DNA of 64,000 nucleotides, taken from positions 66,043 through 130,042 of the forward strand of contig CBDCGV010000006.1 in the NCBI GenBank assembly GCA_965216955.1. Reading direction: 5' to 3'. The translations under genes were made by a program, and so were the position numbers. The stretch's first letter is position 1, and each line of letters begins with the position of its first letter. Below are positions 8,824-19,387 of this stretch, piece by piece. The stretch comes from Chitinophagales bacterium (GTDB taxonomy: Bacteria; Bacteroidota; Bacteroidia; Chitinophagales; JADIYW01). A model generated the notes under the pieces. That model was given only the letters and a program-made list of their open reading frames with translations, was not told where the DNA came from and ran no database searches.

Positions 8824-9341
8824 TGAAAAAGACTTTTATAAATAAGGTATGGCACACAAATAAACTTCTTTTTGCATTTATAATTGGCTTTGTTTTTTTT
8901 CAAGCCTTCTTCCTCTTCAAAAGAGTACACAATTTTCCTTTTTACGTTTTTGATATGTATTCCAGACAAGAACACAAAACCTCACAAACATCTATTTTTG
9001 ATATTTACATAAATAACGATAAGCTAGACCTTAATAAATTAACAACCAAAAAAAAACTTATCCTCAACAAACAAATTGCCTATTATGACAACTTCATTAC
9101 CAATGGCTCAGACCGTTGGGTTCCTTTACTTGACAAGATTTCAAAAAGGACTCCAATTGATCTTTCCACAAGACTCAAAAACTCTTTCGATAAAAGCGAA
9201 CAATTCCCTTCATGGCTTATTAATTATTTAGGATATAACTTTCATGAAACAGAGTCTTTAAAGGTTATAAAAACAAATTACCATCTCTATCCAAAGCCAA
9301 CACCAACTAAAAGTGAAATTATTATTCAAGTGGGCAACTAA
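8823..9341 (+). CDS. hypothetical protein with N-terminal TM anchor
   Basis: 172-aa ORF. Start overlaps the preceding stop (TAATG). No recognisable motif. Confidence 0.55.
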   Translation: MKKTFINKVWHTNKLLFAFIIGFVFFQAFFLFKRVHNFPFYVFDMYSRQEHKTSQTSIFDIYINNDKLDLNKLTTKKKLILNKQIAYYDNFITNGSDRWVPLLDKISKRTPIDLSTRLKNSFDKSEQFPSWLINYLGYNFHETESLKVIKTNYHLYPKPTPTKSEIIIQVGN

Positions 9342-10153
9342 TGGGTACGATCATCAATCATACAAAACAAAGCTTTATACTCTTATTTACCATCTTATGG
9401 ACTATTTGTTGGAGTTATGATCTTTTTTCAAGTAGCTTATTACATCAACTATACAACGCGCCATTCTTTGACATTGAAATAGACCGAACGTTTTGGGCAA
9501 TCTTTGCACTTGGTATCCCTCAATTTATTATATCCAATAAGTGGTGTTGTCTTCTTTTAGATGGTTTAGTTTTAATCTTGCCTTTTATATTATGTTTTAA
9601 ACCCAATAAAATCATTATATCATTAATTTGGTTAACTGTCATTTTAATACATACCATTACTGTTCAGGCTTATACCTCCAATCATTCAAAACTCGATGTT
9701 TCCATTTTTTTATTTGCGATTGCATTTTGTTTTAATAAACAATCTTTTACCCTATCCATTAAAGCTATAAGATTTTACTTGCTATTTGTTTTTTGCAGTG
9801 CTGCTATGTATAAATTGTTCAATGGCGCCCTAATTGATAAAACTTTGCTAACCAATATTTTGTCTTATCAAAATCTTGAACAATTGCTATATGTTCCCAA
9901 TCATATAACTTCAAAAGTCACTGACCTTTTATTAAATCATCCTACGATAGCTTACTTAAATTATTGGTGTTTATTTTTACTTCAATGTGCTTTTTTTATG
10001 GGGTGGTTCACCTATAAATATGATAAATTTTTACTCTTTCTATTTGTGTTATTTATAGTACTTACTTTTGTTGTAATGGGCATTTTAAATCCTAAAGCAT
10101 TAACGTTAGGGCTTCCCTTTCTATGGTACTCTTTACATCATAAAGTGCACTAA
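9341..10153 (+). CDS. polytopic membrane protein, unknown function
   Basis: 270-aa ORF with about 7-8 hydrophobic segments. Start overlaps the preceding stop (TAATG). Confidence 0.6.
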   Translation: MGTIINHTKQSFILLFTILWTICWSYDLFSSSLLHQLYNAPFFDIEIDRTFWAIFALGIPQFIISNKWCCLLLDGLVLILPFILCFKPNKIIISLIWLTVILIHTITVQAYTSNHSKLDVSIFLFAIAFCFNKQSFTLSIKAIRFYLLFVFCSAAMYKLFNGALIDKTLLTNILSYQNLEQLLYVPNHITSKVTDLLLNHPTIAYLNYWCLFLLQCAFFMGWFTYKYDKFLLFLFVLFIVLTFVVMGILNPKALTLGLPFLWYSLHHKVH

Positions 10154-10177
10154 TTTTTATATTTTTAGAATTAAACT

Positions 10178-11194
10178 ATGTGTATGAAACGATTATCTAT
10201 CTTAACCATTGTTTGTCTATTCTTATATCTCCCAAATACAAAAGCACAATTTGGCAGCAAACTAAAAAACAAGGTTTTTGACATTCTAGAAAAAAGTACA
10301 GAAGAGAAAGTAGAAGAAAAGACCGAAGAAGTTTTTGATAAATCAACAGAAAAAGCTGAAGAATCGATCAAAAAAGACAATAAAAAAACAACCACTCCTC
10401 CTCCAGAAGAACCCGCTTATAATGAAGCAGACCTACAGAAATTGATGGAAATGATGGAGCAAATGACCTCCAACAGCACTCCTATTGACTATCCTGATAT
10501 TGAGGGTGTTGAGCCAAGCAATTTTATTGGAAGTCTAGAGATGTTAATAGAGCAGTATGCTGCCAATGGGCAAAGAAAAAAAGATGAAGATGGAAATATT
10601 TCGTGGTTTATTGATGAATATAAAGTAGCTATTGTTCCCGTTGCAAAGCTTAACGGAGAGCAACAAGACACACGCATGATTGTAAACAGAAAAAAAGGCA
10701 CCATGACGATGCTTACCAATGATGGAGGAGAAAAACAAGGTGTTATCATGAAAATGAATGACATTAATTTGAATATTGAAGACACCGAACTAGAAGAAGA
10801 AATAGAAAATACGACTGTTAAAATAACCAATGAAACAAAAATCATAGATGGATATAAATGTAAAAAAGTACTTGCCTCTAGTGATGATGTTGAAACTGAA
10901 ACATGGATAACAGATCAGGTTCCACTTAGCATAGATAAGTTGTTCGGATTGATGAGTTTTAATATTCAATCAAAAGGGAAAAACCCATATGAAGAAAAAT
11001 TTGGGCACATTAAAGGTCTCCCAATAGAATCCACTTCAAAAGATAAAACAACTGGAGAAGTATCAAAGATGAGTATAAAAAACATCGTTAGAGGCTATGT
11101 AGATAAAAGCAAATTCAGTACTGAAGGGTATCAAATGAGTGCAATGCCTAATTTTTCCAATGAAATGCTAAAAATGCAAAATTTGGGATATTAA
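10178..11194 (+). CDS. secreted hypothetical protein (E/K-rich N-terminal region; possibly DUF4412-like)
   Basis: 338 aa. Signal peptide MCMKRLSILTIVCLFLYLPNTKAQ. Antisense ORFs 10171..10395, 10489..10845 and 10544..10738 are judged spurious. Confidence 0.55.
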   Translation: MCMKRLSILTIVCLFLYLPNTKAQFGSKLKNKVFDILEKSTEEKVEEKTEEVFDKSTEKAEESIKKDNKKTTTPPPEEPAYNEADLQKLMEMMEQMTSNSTPIDYPDIEGVEPSNFIGSLEMLIEQYAANGQRKKDEDGNISWFIDEYKVAIVPVAKLNGEQQDTRMIVNRKKGTMTMLTNDGGEKQGVIMKMNDINLNIEDTELEEEIENTTVKITNETKIIDGYKCKKVLASSDDVETETWITDQVPLSIDKLFGLMSFNIQSKGKNPYEEKFGHIKGLPIESTSKDKTTGEVSKMSIKNIVRGYVDKSKFSTEGYQMSAMPNFSNEMLKMQNLGY

Positions 11195-11223
11195 TTTCTA
11201 ATATTGCCCTTTATTAAACAATA

Positions 11224-11841
11224 ATGATTACCTACCTTATCATCGGTATTACCGTATTAACTTCTATCAGGGCTTTTAACAATGGCGCTGTATTACAGCA
11301 ACTCATTTTTAACCCTTATATAGTCACTCGAGAAAAACAATGGTATAGGTTTCTAAGTTCAGGGCTTATACATGGCAGCTATATGCATTTATTTGTAAAT
11401 ATGTATGTACTGTATATGTTTGGAACTTTTTTAGAAGATTCCTTAGATATTCTTTTCAAGGATACTGGCAAAATCGTATACATGGCTTTATACTTTGTAG
11501 GAATGATTTTTAGTCATAGTTTATCTTTCTTCAAACATAAAAACGACAATTATTACAATAGCTTGGGTGCGTCTGGTGCTGTTTCAGCAGTAGTATTTGC
11601 GGGAATAGCCATTAACCCGCTACAAGGTATAGGCATTATCTTTATTCCTGTTTTTATTCCAGGATTTATATTTGGATTATTATACTTGGCCTATTCCGCC
11701 TATATGGGACAGCAAGGGGACAGTCGTATTGGACATGATGCACATTTTATGGGCGCCATTTTTGGCTTCTTCTTTCTTTTTATTCTCAAGCCAGCTTTGT
11801 TTTCAAACTTTATTCAGCAAATAATGGGATATTTCTCCTAA
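11224..11841 (+). CDS. rhomboid-family intramembrane serine protease
   Basis: 205 aa. HGSYMHLFVNM, catalytic GASGAVSAVV (GxSG) and a downstream HDAHFMGAIFG His helix. Confidence 0.85.
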   Translation: MITYLIIGITVLTSIRAFNNGAVLQQLIFNPYIVTREKQWYRFLSSGLIHGSYMHLFVNMYVLYMFGTFLEDSLDILFKDTGKIVYMALYFVGMIFSHSLSFFKHKNDNYYNSLGASGAVSAVVFAGIAINPLQGIGIIFIPVFIPGFIFGLLYLAYSAYMGQQGDSRIGHDAHFMGAIFGFFFLFILKPALFSNFIQQIMGYFS

Positions 11842-11863
11842 ATTAATAGGAAAATATTTCAAA

Positions 11864-12196
11864 ATGGAAGATGGATTATTGATGCTGGCACTTTTGCTCT
11901 TTGGGATATTAATGGGATGGACCATTGGAAAAATATCATATGATAAACTTAAAGCACATTACAATAGTATCTCTTATAAATACGATGTTCTAGAAAAGGA
12001 TCATCAACAGATCAGGGCAGAATTAAAGCTAGCTAATGAGAGCAATTTTGATTTAAGGAAAAGACTCAATTTATTAATTGACGAACACACCTATTTCAAT
12101 GATAATCAGCAAACTAAGTACTTAGAAGACCAAATTGAACTTTTGAAAGCAGCAAATATCAATTTAAATGAACGACTTCAGCAATACGAATCCTAG
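11864..12196 (+). CDS. hypothetical TM + coiled-coil protein
   Basis: 110 aa. N-terminal TM helix followed by a heptad-rich sequence. Confidence 0.5.
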   Translation: MEDGLLMLALLLFGILMGWTIGKISYDKLKAHYNSISYKYDVLEKDHQQIRAELKLANESNFDLRKRLNLLIDEHTYFNDNQQTKYLEDQIELLKAANINLNERLQQYES

Positions 12197-12263
12197 TAAA
12201 TGTCATTGTCAATTGTTAATTTCTTTAAGTAGATAGCTTTAATCAAACTACTATATTTACCCT

Positions 12264-13325
12264 ATGCTAGTTTTAATTATCTTTTTTATAATGGCCATTG
12301 GCTTCTCATTTTTATGTTCAATTTTGGAAGCCGTTTTATTAAGTATAACCCCTTCTTACATAAGTATTAAAGAAAAAGAAGGCAGCTCTATTGCCCAAGA
12401 TCTTAAAAAATTCAAGGAAGATATTGATCGCCCTTTATCCGCAATATTAACTTTAAATACAATAGCTCATACCGTAGGGGCCATTGGCGTTGGAGCCCAG
12501 GCCGGGAAAGCACTCGGACATTGGGGAGGTTTAAATTTATTTGGAATCCATATAGGCACCGAAAGTATTATTGCCACCATCATGACTTTAGCCGTTCTAA
12601 TTCTATCTGAAATCATTCCTAAAACCATTGGCGCCAATAATTGGAAAGCCTTGACACCAATAACCGTTAGAACCCTTAAAGTTTTACTATTCATTTTAAG
12701 TCCATTGATATGGATCAGCCAATTAATTACGAAAGGGCTTAAAAAGGATAAGGAAAAAAGTGTTTTAACAAGAGCTGATTTTTTAGCAATGACCGAAGTA
12801 AGTGCCGAAGAAGGTGTTTTAGGAGAAGATGAAAGCACTGTTATCAAAAATATAATGGATTTTAGCAAAGTCGCCGTTCATGATATCATGACACCCAGAA
12901 CAGTTGTTGAAGCCTGTCAAGAAGACATTACACTAAAAGAATACTATGATAGTAAAGAAGACATTCCTTATTCGAGAATTCCCGTGTATGGAGAAAGTTT
13001 AGATAAAATAAATGGCTACTTTCTTAAAGATCATCTACAAGACCAGCTTATTAAAGGCAACCTTAATGCTCATGTCAAAAGTATAAAAAGACCGATCCAT
13101 GCTGTATCAGAAAACTTAAATATAAGAACTGCCTTTAAGCAATTAATGGATAAGAAAGAGCATATTGCACTGGTTATTGATGAATTTGGAGGCGTTGAAG
13201 GTATTGTAACATTAGAAGATATAGTTGAAACTCTAATCGGTATGGAAATTACAGATGAATATGATGAGTTTGAAGATCTCCAAAAAAGGGCAAAAGAACT
13301 TTGGGAGAAGAAAGCTTCTAAATAA
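12264..13325 (+). CDS. CNNM/DUF21 + CBS-pair domain membrane protein (hemolysin-family, putative divalent-cation transporter)
   Basis: 353 aa. N-terminal DUF21 TM region (LEAVLLSITPSYI..TLNTIAHTVGA) followed by a CBS pair (VHDIMTPRT..IALVIDEFGGVEGIVTLEDIVE). Confidence 0.85.
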   Translation: MLVLIIFFIMAIGFSFLCSILEAVLLSITPSYISIKEKEGSSIAQDLKKFKEDIDRPLSAILTLNTIAHTVGAIGVGAQAGKALGHWGGLNLFGIHIGTESIIATIMTLAVLILSEIIPKTIGANNWKALTPITVRTLKVLLFILSPLIWISQLITKGLKKDKEKSVLTRADFLAMTEVSAEEGVLGEDESTVIKNIMDFSKVAVHDIMTPRTVVEACQEDITLKEYYDSKEDIPYSRIPVYGESLDKINGYFLKDHLQDQLIKGNLNAHVKSIKRPIHAVSENLNIRTAFKQLMDKKEHIALVIDEFGGVEGIVTLEDIVETLIGMEITDEYDEFEDLQKRAKELWEKKASK

Positions 13326-13327
13326 GT

Positions 13328-14143
13328 ATGAAAGAATTACTTCAACACACATTAGAATTTGGTGAAAGTAAACTTACGCTGGGTAGTGTCATTCTATTTA
13401 TTCTTGCACTTCTGATTTCTTGGATTATTACTAAAATCATTACTCGCTTCTTATATTCTACACTAAGAAAAAGAAATGTAGAGAGTGGAAAGGTGTATGC
13501 TATTTCTCGAATAGTTAAGTACTTTCTGTATATCCTCTTTTTTATTATTGCGCTTCAAATACTTAACCTCAATTTACAGGGGTTGTTAATTGGAGCCTCT
13601 GCCCTATTAATTGGTGTAGGCATTGGTTTACAACAAATATTTTATGACTTGTTTTCAGGCTTTTTAATGCTTTTTGAGCGAAAAGTGCAAGTAGGAGATT
13701 TTGTAGACATAGACGGAATGGTAGGCAGAGTAGATAAAATTGATATGCGAACTTCTGTTGTTAGAAGTCTTGATAATATATCTGTAATTGTTCCAAACTC
13801 TAAATTAATTAGTGAGAATGTCATTAACTGGTCACATAATAGAGGACTGGCAAGATTTTCTGTTTCTGTAGGTACCGCCTATGGCTCCAATGTAGATAAA
13901 GTTCGATCTGTACTTGTAGAGTGTGCTAAAGCACATGATAAAGTGCTTAACAAACCTGCACCAACGGTATTGTTTTCAAGTTTTGGAGAAAGTTGTTTAG
14001 ATTTCAAAGTACTATTTTGGTCTAGACATTTTAAAGAGATTGAGGTTATCAATAGTGATTTACACTTTTCTATCGATAAAGCTTTTAGAGAAAATAATAT
14101 TGTAATTGCATTTCCTCAGCTTGATGTGCATTTAAAAAGGTGA
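13328..14143 (+). CDS. mechanosensitive ion channel (MscS family)
   Basis: 271 aa. TM3-beta domain signature FERKVQVGDFVDIDGMVGRVDKIDMRTSVVRSLDN..VPNSKL. Confidence 0.9.
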   Translation: MKELLQHTLEFGESKLTLGSVILFILALLISWIITKIITRFLYSTLRKRNVESGKVYAISRIVKYFLYILFFIIALQILNLNLQGLLIGASALLIGVGIGLQQIFYDLFSGFLMLFERKVQVGDFVDIDGMVGRVDKIDMRTSVVRSLDNISVIVPNSKLISENVINWSHNRGLARFSVSVGTAYGSNVDKVRSVLVECAKAHDKVLNKPAPTVLFSSFGESCLDFKVLFWSRHFKEIEVINSDLHFSIDKAFRENNIVIAFPQLDVHLKR

Positions 14144-14201
14144 GCAAACTACATTCTTATCCACATGATCTTTTCTTAAAACTTCAATCCAAAAAACTTT
14201 G

Positions 14202-14209
14202 TATCTTTG
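14202..14209 (+). promoter_or_regulatory. -7 type promoter box TATCTTTG upstream of rpsU
   Basis: TAnnTTTG match 35 nt upstream of the ATG at 14245. Confidence 0.45.
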
Positions 14210-14244
14210 CAGCAATTTAAAAGCGATACTTAAATAAATAGGTA

Positions 14245-14442
14245 ATGATTATTATAAATGTAGATCACGGAGAAAGCATCGATAAAGTTTTAAAAAGATA
14301 TAAAAACAAGCATCGAAGTATTAAAGTGATGGATCAAATTAAAGAAAGAAAATTCTATACTAAGAAGTCTATTAAGAGAAGAAACGAAATTTTAAAAGCT
14401 TCTTACAAAAATCGTAAGTCAAACGAAATCGAATCTAAATAA
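14245..14442 (+). CDS. rpsU: 30S ribosomal protein S21
   Basis: 65 aa. ESIDKVLKRYKNK..KERKFYTKKSIKRR pattern. Confidence 0.92.
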   Translation: MIIINVDHGESIDKVLKRYKNKHRSIKVMDQIKERKFYTKKSIKRRNEILKASYKNRKSNEIESK

Positions 14443-14479
14443 GAAACGGTTTTTCATCCTTCTCTTATTTTATTAATTA

Positions 14480-16405
14480 TTACGGTATTACAACAGCTCC
14501 CAATATTTCGCTGAGGTTTCTTTTTTGCTCTATAAAGCGTTGTTTTATTTTAACAAGCTCCATCAATCTATCTTCATTTTGAGCACTTTTTATTTCTTCA
14601 TCACATTCCTCTAGAAGCTCTTTTACTCGCTCTAACTTATATCTTGCTAACACAATCTGGACTTCCTTATTCAAGTTAAATCCAGGTTTTTTAACGACTA
14701 ATTGAAATTTTTTAAACCAATTATCACTTAAAGCATGATTATCAGCTAATAGCTCTATAACAATCTTTTTAATCGCATTGTTTTCATGTCTTAGTAGTGC
14801 TTTTTCAAGATCATCGCTTCCTGCGGCATGTATTTTTTTTATCTCCTCAAACAGAATTTGATAGTGAGGTTCTTTAAAACCAACAGCACCAATCGATTTA
14901 ATGATATATGTTACCACTGTTTTTCCATCAGCATACTCCTCTTGTCCATGACTTATTGCCAACTTTAAAATTGCCTGCTCGAGTATTCCAAATGAATTAG
15001 AAGCTACTTTTTGCTGATGAACGATTCGCTCAGAAGTATATGTTGTTAGTTCTTCTTCAACGATATCTTTATTTTCCTCTCTTTTATTAGATTTTTGCTT
15101 AATCCAAGCCCTCTTAGCCTTATTAAATTCATTTATTAAAACTGATTCATCGATGGACAATAGCTTACTACATTGCCTCAAATACAAAGTTGTTTTTATA
15201 GAATCATCAATTAATGCGATACTAGAAATAATATCTTTAATAACTTCTGACAACTTCACAGGGTCATTGGCCGCTTCATTAGCTAATAAGCTAGATTTAA
15301 AGAGAATAAAGTCCTTCGCCTCATTATCAATTAGGTTTTGTACGCCTTGTGTTCCCGCCCTTCTAACAAAGCTATCCGGATCTTCCCCTTCCGGTAAAAT
15401 GGCCACTTTCACGTTCATATTTTGCTCTAGGATAATATCAACACCACGGAGTGCTGCTTTTAAACCCGCAGAATCGCCATCATAAATAATAATGATGTTA
15501 TTTGTGTACCGCTTAATTAATTGTACCTGTTCCTTTGTCAACGATGTTCCCGAAGAAGCTACTGCATTTTTGATGGATGCCTGATGAAAAGAAATTACAT
15601 CTGTATAACCTTCAACAAGAACACATTGATCCAGTCTTTTTATATCCTGCTTAGCCTGATACATCCCATAAAGCGTTTTGCTTTTATTATAGACCAACGT
15701 TTCAGCGGTATTGACATATTTAGGTGCTTTAACATTGTTAGCAAGAATTCTTCCACCAAAAGCAACTACTTTACCAGATACGTTATGAATAGGAAACATT
15801 ACACGTCCTCTAAAAAAATCGAAGTGCTTATTGTTTTTCTCTTTAATCAATCCGGCTTTTGATAACACTTCTTTACTATAATTATTGTCAATTGCTTTGT
15901 TTAAAAGTGTATCAAAAGCGTCTAAACTATATCCCAGTTCAAATTGCTTAATAGTATCTTCTAAAAAACCACGCTCCTTAAAATAACTTAAACCAATATT
16001 GATCCCTTCATCATTGTTCCACAGGTTACTTATAAAATGTTTATTGGCATAATTGAGTGCAATCAGAATGCTCTCCTTTTCGCTCAACAATTGCCTTTGG
16101 TCATCAGACATGTTTTCCTCCTCCACCTCAATATTATATCTATCGGCAATGTTTCTTAATGCTTCAGGGTAGCTAAGTTGTTCATACTCCATTAAAAAAT
16201 TAACGGCATCCCCTCCTTTACCACACCCAAAACATTTATAGATGTTCTTTGCTGGAGAAACTGTAAAGCTTGGTGTTTTTTCATTGTGAAACGGGCAAAG
16301 ACCTAAAAGATTAGCCCCTCGCCTTTTCAATTGTACATAGTCCCCAATTATCTCATCGATAACCGCTGCATCTAATATTTTATCTATGGTACTTTTTGAA
16401 ATCAT
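14480..16405 (-). CDS. dnaG: DNA primase
   Basis: 641 aa. Zinc-ribbon CPFHNEKTPSFTVSPAKNIYKCFGCGKGGD. TOPRIM EGYTDV..DGDSAG. Confidence 0.97.
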   Translation of the reverse strand: MISKSTIDKILDAAVIDEIIGDYVQLKRRGANLLGLCPFHNEKTPSFTVSPAKNIYKCFGCGKGGDAVNFLMEYEQLSYPEALRNIADRYNIEVEEENMSDDQRQLLSEKESILIALNYANKHFISNLWNNDEGINIGLSYFKERGFLEDTIKQFELGYSLDAFDTLLNKAIDNNYSKEVLSKAGLIKEKNNKHFDFFRGRVMFPIHNVSGKVVAFGGRILANNVKAPKYVNTAETLVYNKSKTLYGMYQAKQDIKRLDQCVLVEGYTDVISFHQASIKNAVASSGTSLTKEQVQLIKRYTNNIIIIYDGDSAGLKAALRGVDIILEQNMNVKVAILPEGEDPDSFVRRAGTQGVQNLIDNEAKDFILFKSSLLANEAANDPVKLSEVIKDIISSIALIDDSIKTTLYLRQCSKLLSIDESVLINEFNKAKRAWIKQKSNKREENKDIVEEELTTYTSERIVHQQKVASNSFGILEQAILKLAISHGQEEYADGKTVVTYIIKSIGAVGFKEPHYQILFEEIKKIHAAGSDDLEKALLRHENNAIKKIVIELLADNHALSDNWFKKFQLVVKKPGFNLNKEVQIVLARYKLERVKELLEECDEEIKSAQNEDRLMELVKIKQRFIEQKRNLSEILGAVVIP

Positions 16406-17791
16406 CTATGTGCTTACCTCCGCTTCCTTAAGTTCGCTATAATATTTGTAAAAATAAGGAATGGTTTCTATTCCTTTAAAGTAGTTAAACAGGCCAAAAT
16501 GCTCATTTGGAGAATGAATTGCATCTGTATCAAGCCCAAACCCCATCATTACTGTTTTTACACCTAGTATTTTCTCAAACAAAGCAACAATTGGAATACT
16601 ACCACCTCCTCTCTGTGGAATCGGTGTTTTTCCAAAAGTCTGTTTCATAGCAAGTGCTGCAGCCTTATATGCCAATGAATCTATAGGTGTAAGGGCAGGT
16701 TCTCCACCATGATGTGGTGTCACCTTAATTTTAACACTTTTAGGTGCTATTTTATTGAAATATTGAACAAATAAATCTGTGATTTCTTCAGCACCTTGAT
16801 TGGGAACCAAACGCATTGAAATTTTTGCAAATGCCTTTGAAGGTAATACTGTCTTCGCCCCTTCTCCTATATATCCTCCCCAAATACCATTCACATCTAA
16901 TGTTGGTCGAATTGATGTTCGCTCCAATGTAGTATATCCTTCTTCTCCAGCCACATCATCAATATTCAAATCCGCTTTATATGCTTCTAAGTCAAAAGGA
17001 GCTTCATTCATTGCTTTCCTTTCTTCATCAGTGATTAATTGAACTTTATCATAAAAGCCATCAATAGTAATACGCCCGTTTTCATCCTTTAAATCGGCAA
17101 TCATCTCACAAAGTACATTAACAGGGTTTGAAACTGCTCCTCCATAAACGCCAGAATGCAAATCTCTATTAGGACCTGTAACCTCGACTTCTACATAACT
17201 TAAGCCTCTTAAACCAACTGTTAGAGAAGGCGTTGCATTGTCAATCATTGCTGTATCAGAAATCAAAATCACATCACACTTCAAGAGGTTTTTGTATTGC
17301 TCTAAAAAGGGAGCCAAATTCTCGGATCCAACCTCTTCTTCGCCTTCGATCATAAATTTGACATTACATGGTAAAGCATCATTAGCTATCATCATCTCTA
17401 TTGCCTTGACATGCATGTACATTTGTCCCTTATCATCACATGCCCCTCTAGCATATATTTTACCGTCTTTAATAGTAGGCTCAAAGGGTGGTGTATCCCA
17501 CAAATCATAGGGGTCTGCAGGCTGTACATCGTAATGTCCATATACCAAAACCGTTGGTAAATTTTCATCCATTATTAACTCTCCATAAACAACAGGAAAT
17601 CCCTTAGTTTCATACAATGAAACATTTTTTAAACCTGCATTTATTAATTGTTTTTTTAAAAACGCTGCTGTTTTTATTACTTCCTTATTAAACTTGGGGT
17701 CTGCACTAACCGACGGAATTTTAAGTAAATCAAGTAATTCTTCTAAGTATCTATCCTTATTTTTGGATAATGCCTCGGTAATAAAATTCAT
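16406..17791 (-). CDS. M20-family dipeptidase / metallohydrolase
   Basis: 461 aa. HYDVQPA, GACDDKG and EGEEEVGS motifs of M20 peptidases. Confidence 0.88.
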   Translation of the reverse strand: MNFITEALSKNKDRYLEELLDLLKIPSVSADPKFNKEVIKTAAFLKKQLINAGLKNVSLYETKGFPVVYGELIMDENLPTVLVYGHYDVQPADPYDLWDTPPFEPTIKDGKIYARGACDDKGQMYMHVKAIEMMIANDALPCNVKFMIEGEEEVGSENLAPFLEQYKNLLKCDVILISDTAMIDNATPSLTVGLRGLSYVEVEVTGPNRDLHSGVYGGAVSNPVNVLCEMIADLKDENGRITIDGFYDKVQLITDEERKAMNEAPFDLEAYKADLNIDDVAGEEGYTTLERTSIRPTLDVNGIWGGYIGEGAKTVLPSKAFAKISMRLVPNQGAEEITDLFVQYFNKIAPKSVKIKVTPHHGGEPALTPIDSLAYKAAALAMKQTFGKTPIPQRGGGSIPIVALFEKILGVKTVMMGFGLDTDAIHSPNEHFGLFNYFKGIETIPYFYKYYSELKEAEVST

Positions 17792-17910
17792 TGTTAAAAT
17801 TTACTTTTATAAAGGTAGGTAATATAAGAGCGCTCATTACAAAATTTAACTATTGTTTTTTTGAATCTTATCACTCAATAACTATTTTCGCACAATAAAT
17901 ATTTAGCAAT

Positions 17911-18459
17911 ATGAAAAATACATACATTCTTTATTTTCTAGCATTAGGGTTAATGTTTACACAATGTCAATCAGATAACAGCAATAAAGAGGCTAACGTT
18001 GATGTTGAAGATCCATTAAAAGTTGAAACTGAAACACAAAATAATGGTAATGTTACTCAATTAAGTCCTGAAGAGGCTGCTAACCTAGGTCTTAATGACG
18101 AATCTACTGTTGAAATAGACCCTTCGCTCCCATTGACAACTATTCAATTTGAAGAAGAATCTCATGATTTTGGAGATATTAAAGATGGTGACATAGCAAA
18201 GCATACTTTTAAGTTTAAGAATACGGGTAAAAATCCTTTAATCATACAAAATGCAAAAGGATCTTGCGGTTGTACTGTACCTAAATTTACTGATGAGCCA
18301 ATACCTCCAGGCGGTGAAGGAGAAATCAAAGTAGAATTTGATTCTAAAAACAAGCCAGGGCCTAATAATAAAACGGTTACCGTTACTACAAATACGGAGC
18401 AAGGCACACATTTGCTTACAGTAAAATCAAATGTAATTCAAGAAGCAACTGCAGAGTAA
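17911..18459 (+). CDS. DUF1573 domain-containing lipoprotein
   Basis: 182 aa. Signal/lipobox LMFTQC. HDFGDI..FKFKNTGKNPLII..SCGCTVP block is typical of DUF1573. Confidence 0.85.
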   Translation: MKNTYILYFLALGLMFTQCQSDNSNKEANVDVEDPLKVETETQNNGNVTQLSPEEAANLGLNDESTVEIDPSLPLTTIQFEEESHDFGDIKDGDIAKHTFKFKNTGKNPLIIQNAKGSCGCTVPKFTDEPIPPGGEGEIKVEFDSKNKPGPNNKTVTVTTNTEQGTHLLTVKSNVIQEATAE

Positions 18460-18484
18460 GTAAATATTTCGATAAACATTAAAT

Positions 18485-18519
18485 AAGGCTCTCCTAATTA
18501 GGAGAGCCTTATTATTTTA
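18485..18519 (+). terminator. rho-independent terminator
   Basis: 26-nt perfect palindrome AAGGCTCTCCTAATTAGGAGAGCCTT followed by ATTATTTTA, 26 nt after the stop. Confidence 0.8.
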
Positions 18520-18532
18520 TAGCTTTAACCTA

Positions 18533-19387
18533 ATGAAGAAATATCTATCGTTAGTCAAGTTTAGCCATACTATTTTTGCAATGCCATTTGCTCTGATTGG
18601 CTTTGCTATCGCAGTTTTACTTCATGGATACTCCTTTGACGCCAAAATTCTACTATTAATGATTGCCTGCATGATCTTTGCAAGAAATGCAGCAATGGCT
18701 TTTAATAGATACATTGATGCAGAGATAGACAGAAAAAATGAAAGAACAATAACTAGAGAAATTCCCAAAGGTGATATATCTAAACGTAGTGCTTTAATAT
18801 TTGTGATTGCTAATTGTATTGCATTTATTGTCGCCACTTTTTTTATCAATCCATTGTGTTTTTACCTCTCTCCTGTTGCTATATTGGTTATTCTGGGATA
18901 CAGTTATACAAAACGGTTTACGGCACTTTGTCATTTGGTGCTTGGCTTGGGATTATCTTTAGCACCCATTGGAGCCTATTTAAGTTTAAGTGGGCAATTT
19001 CATTGGCTCCCTATTTTGTTTTCATTTGCAGTTCTTTTTTGGGTGAGTGGATTCGACATCATTTACGCACTCCAAGATGAAGCCTTCGACCGATCCAACA
19101 AATTGCACTCAATACCGGTTTATTTAGGAAAAAGTAAAGCGCTAAAACTTTCAACTATATTCCATCTCCTAACCACTATTTTTCTTTTGTTTGCAGGACT
19201 AAAAGCAAATTTCGGAGTTCTTTATTGGGTCGCTTTTTTAATCTTTACGGGTCTATTAGCTTATCAACACACTATTGTCAAGCCTTACGATCTCTCAAAA
19301 GTTAATCTTGCTTTTTTTACGACCAATGGAATTGCCAGTGTTCTTTTTGGAGTTTTAGTAATTACAGACCTTTTATTTAAGCCATGA
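18533..19387 (+). CDS. UbiA-family aromatic polyprenyltransferase
   Basis: 284 aa, polytopic. NRYIDAEIDRKNERT (NxxxDxxxD) and a second Asp-rich YALQDEAFD motif. Confidence 0.85.
   Translation: MKKYLSLVKFSHTIFAMPFALIGFAIAVLLHGYSFDAKILLLMIACMIFARNAAMAFNRYIDAEIDRKNERTITREIPKGDISKRSALIFVIANCIAFIVATFFINPLCFYLSPVAILVILGYSYTKRFTALCHLVLGLGLSLAPIGAYLSLSGQFHWLPILFSFAVLFWVSGFDIIYALQDEAFDRSNKLHSIPVYLGKSKALKLSTIFHLLTTIFLLFAGLKANFGVLYWVAFLIFTGLLAYQHTIVKPYDLSKVNLAFFTTNGIASVLFGVLVITDLLFKP

Noticed and set aside
18814-19080. 88-aa plus-strand ORF in an alternative frame of the UbiA gene, and the antisense ORF 18622..18849
   Set aside because: Both lie inside a prenyltransferase CDS that has its diagnostic Asp-rich motifs in the annotated frame.
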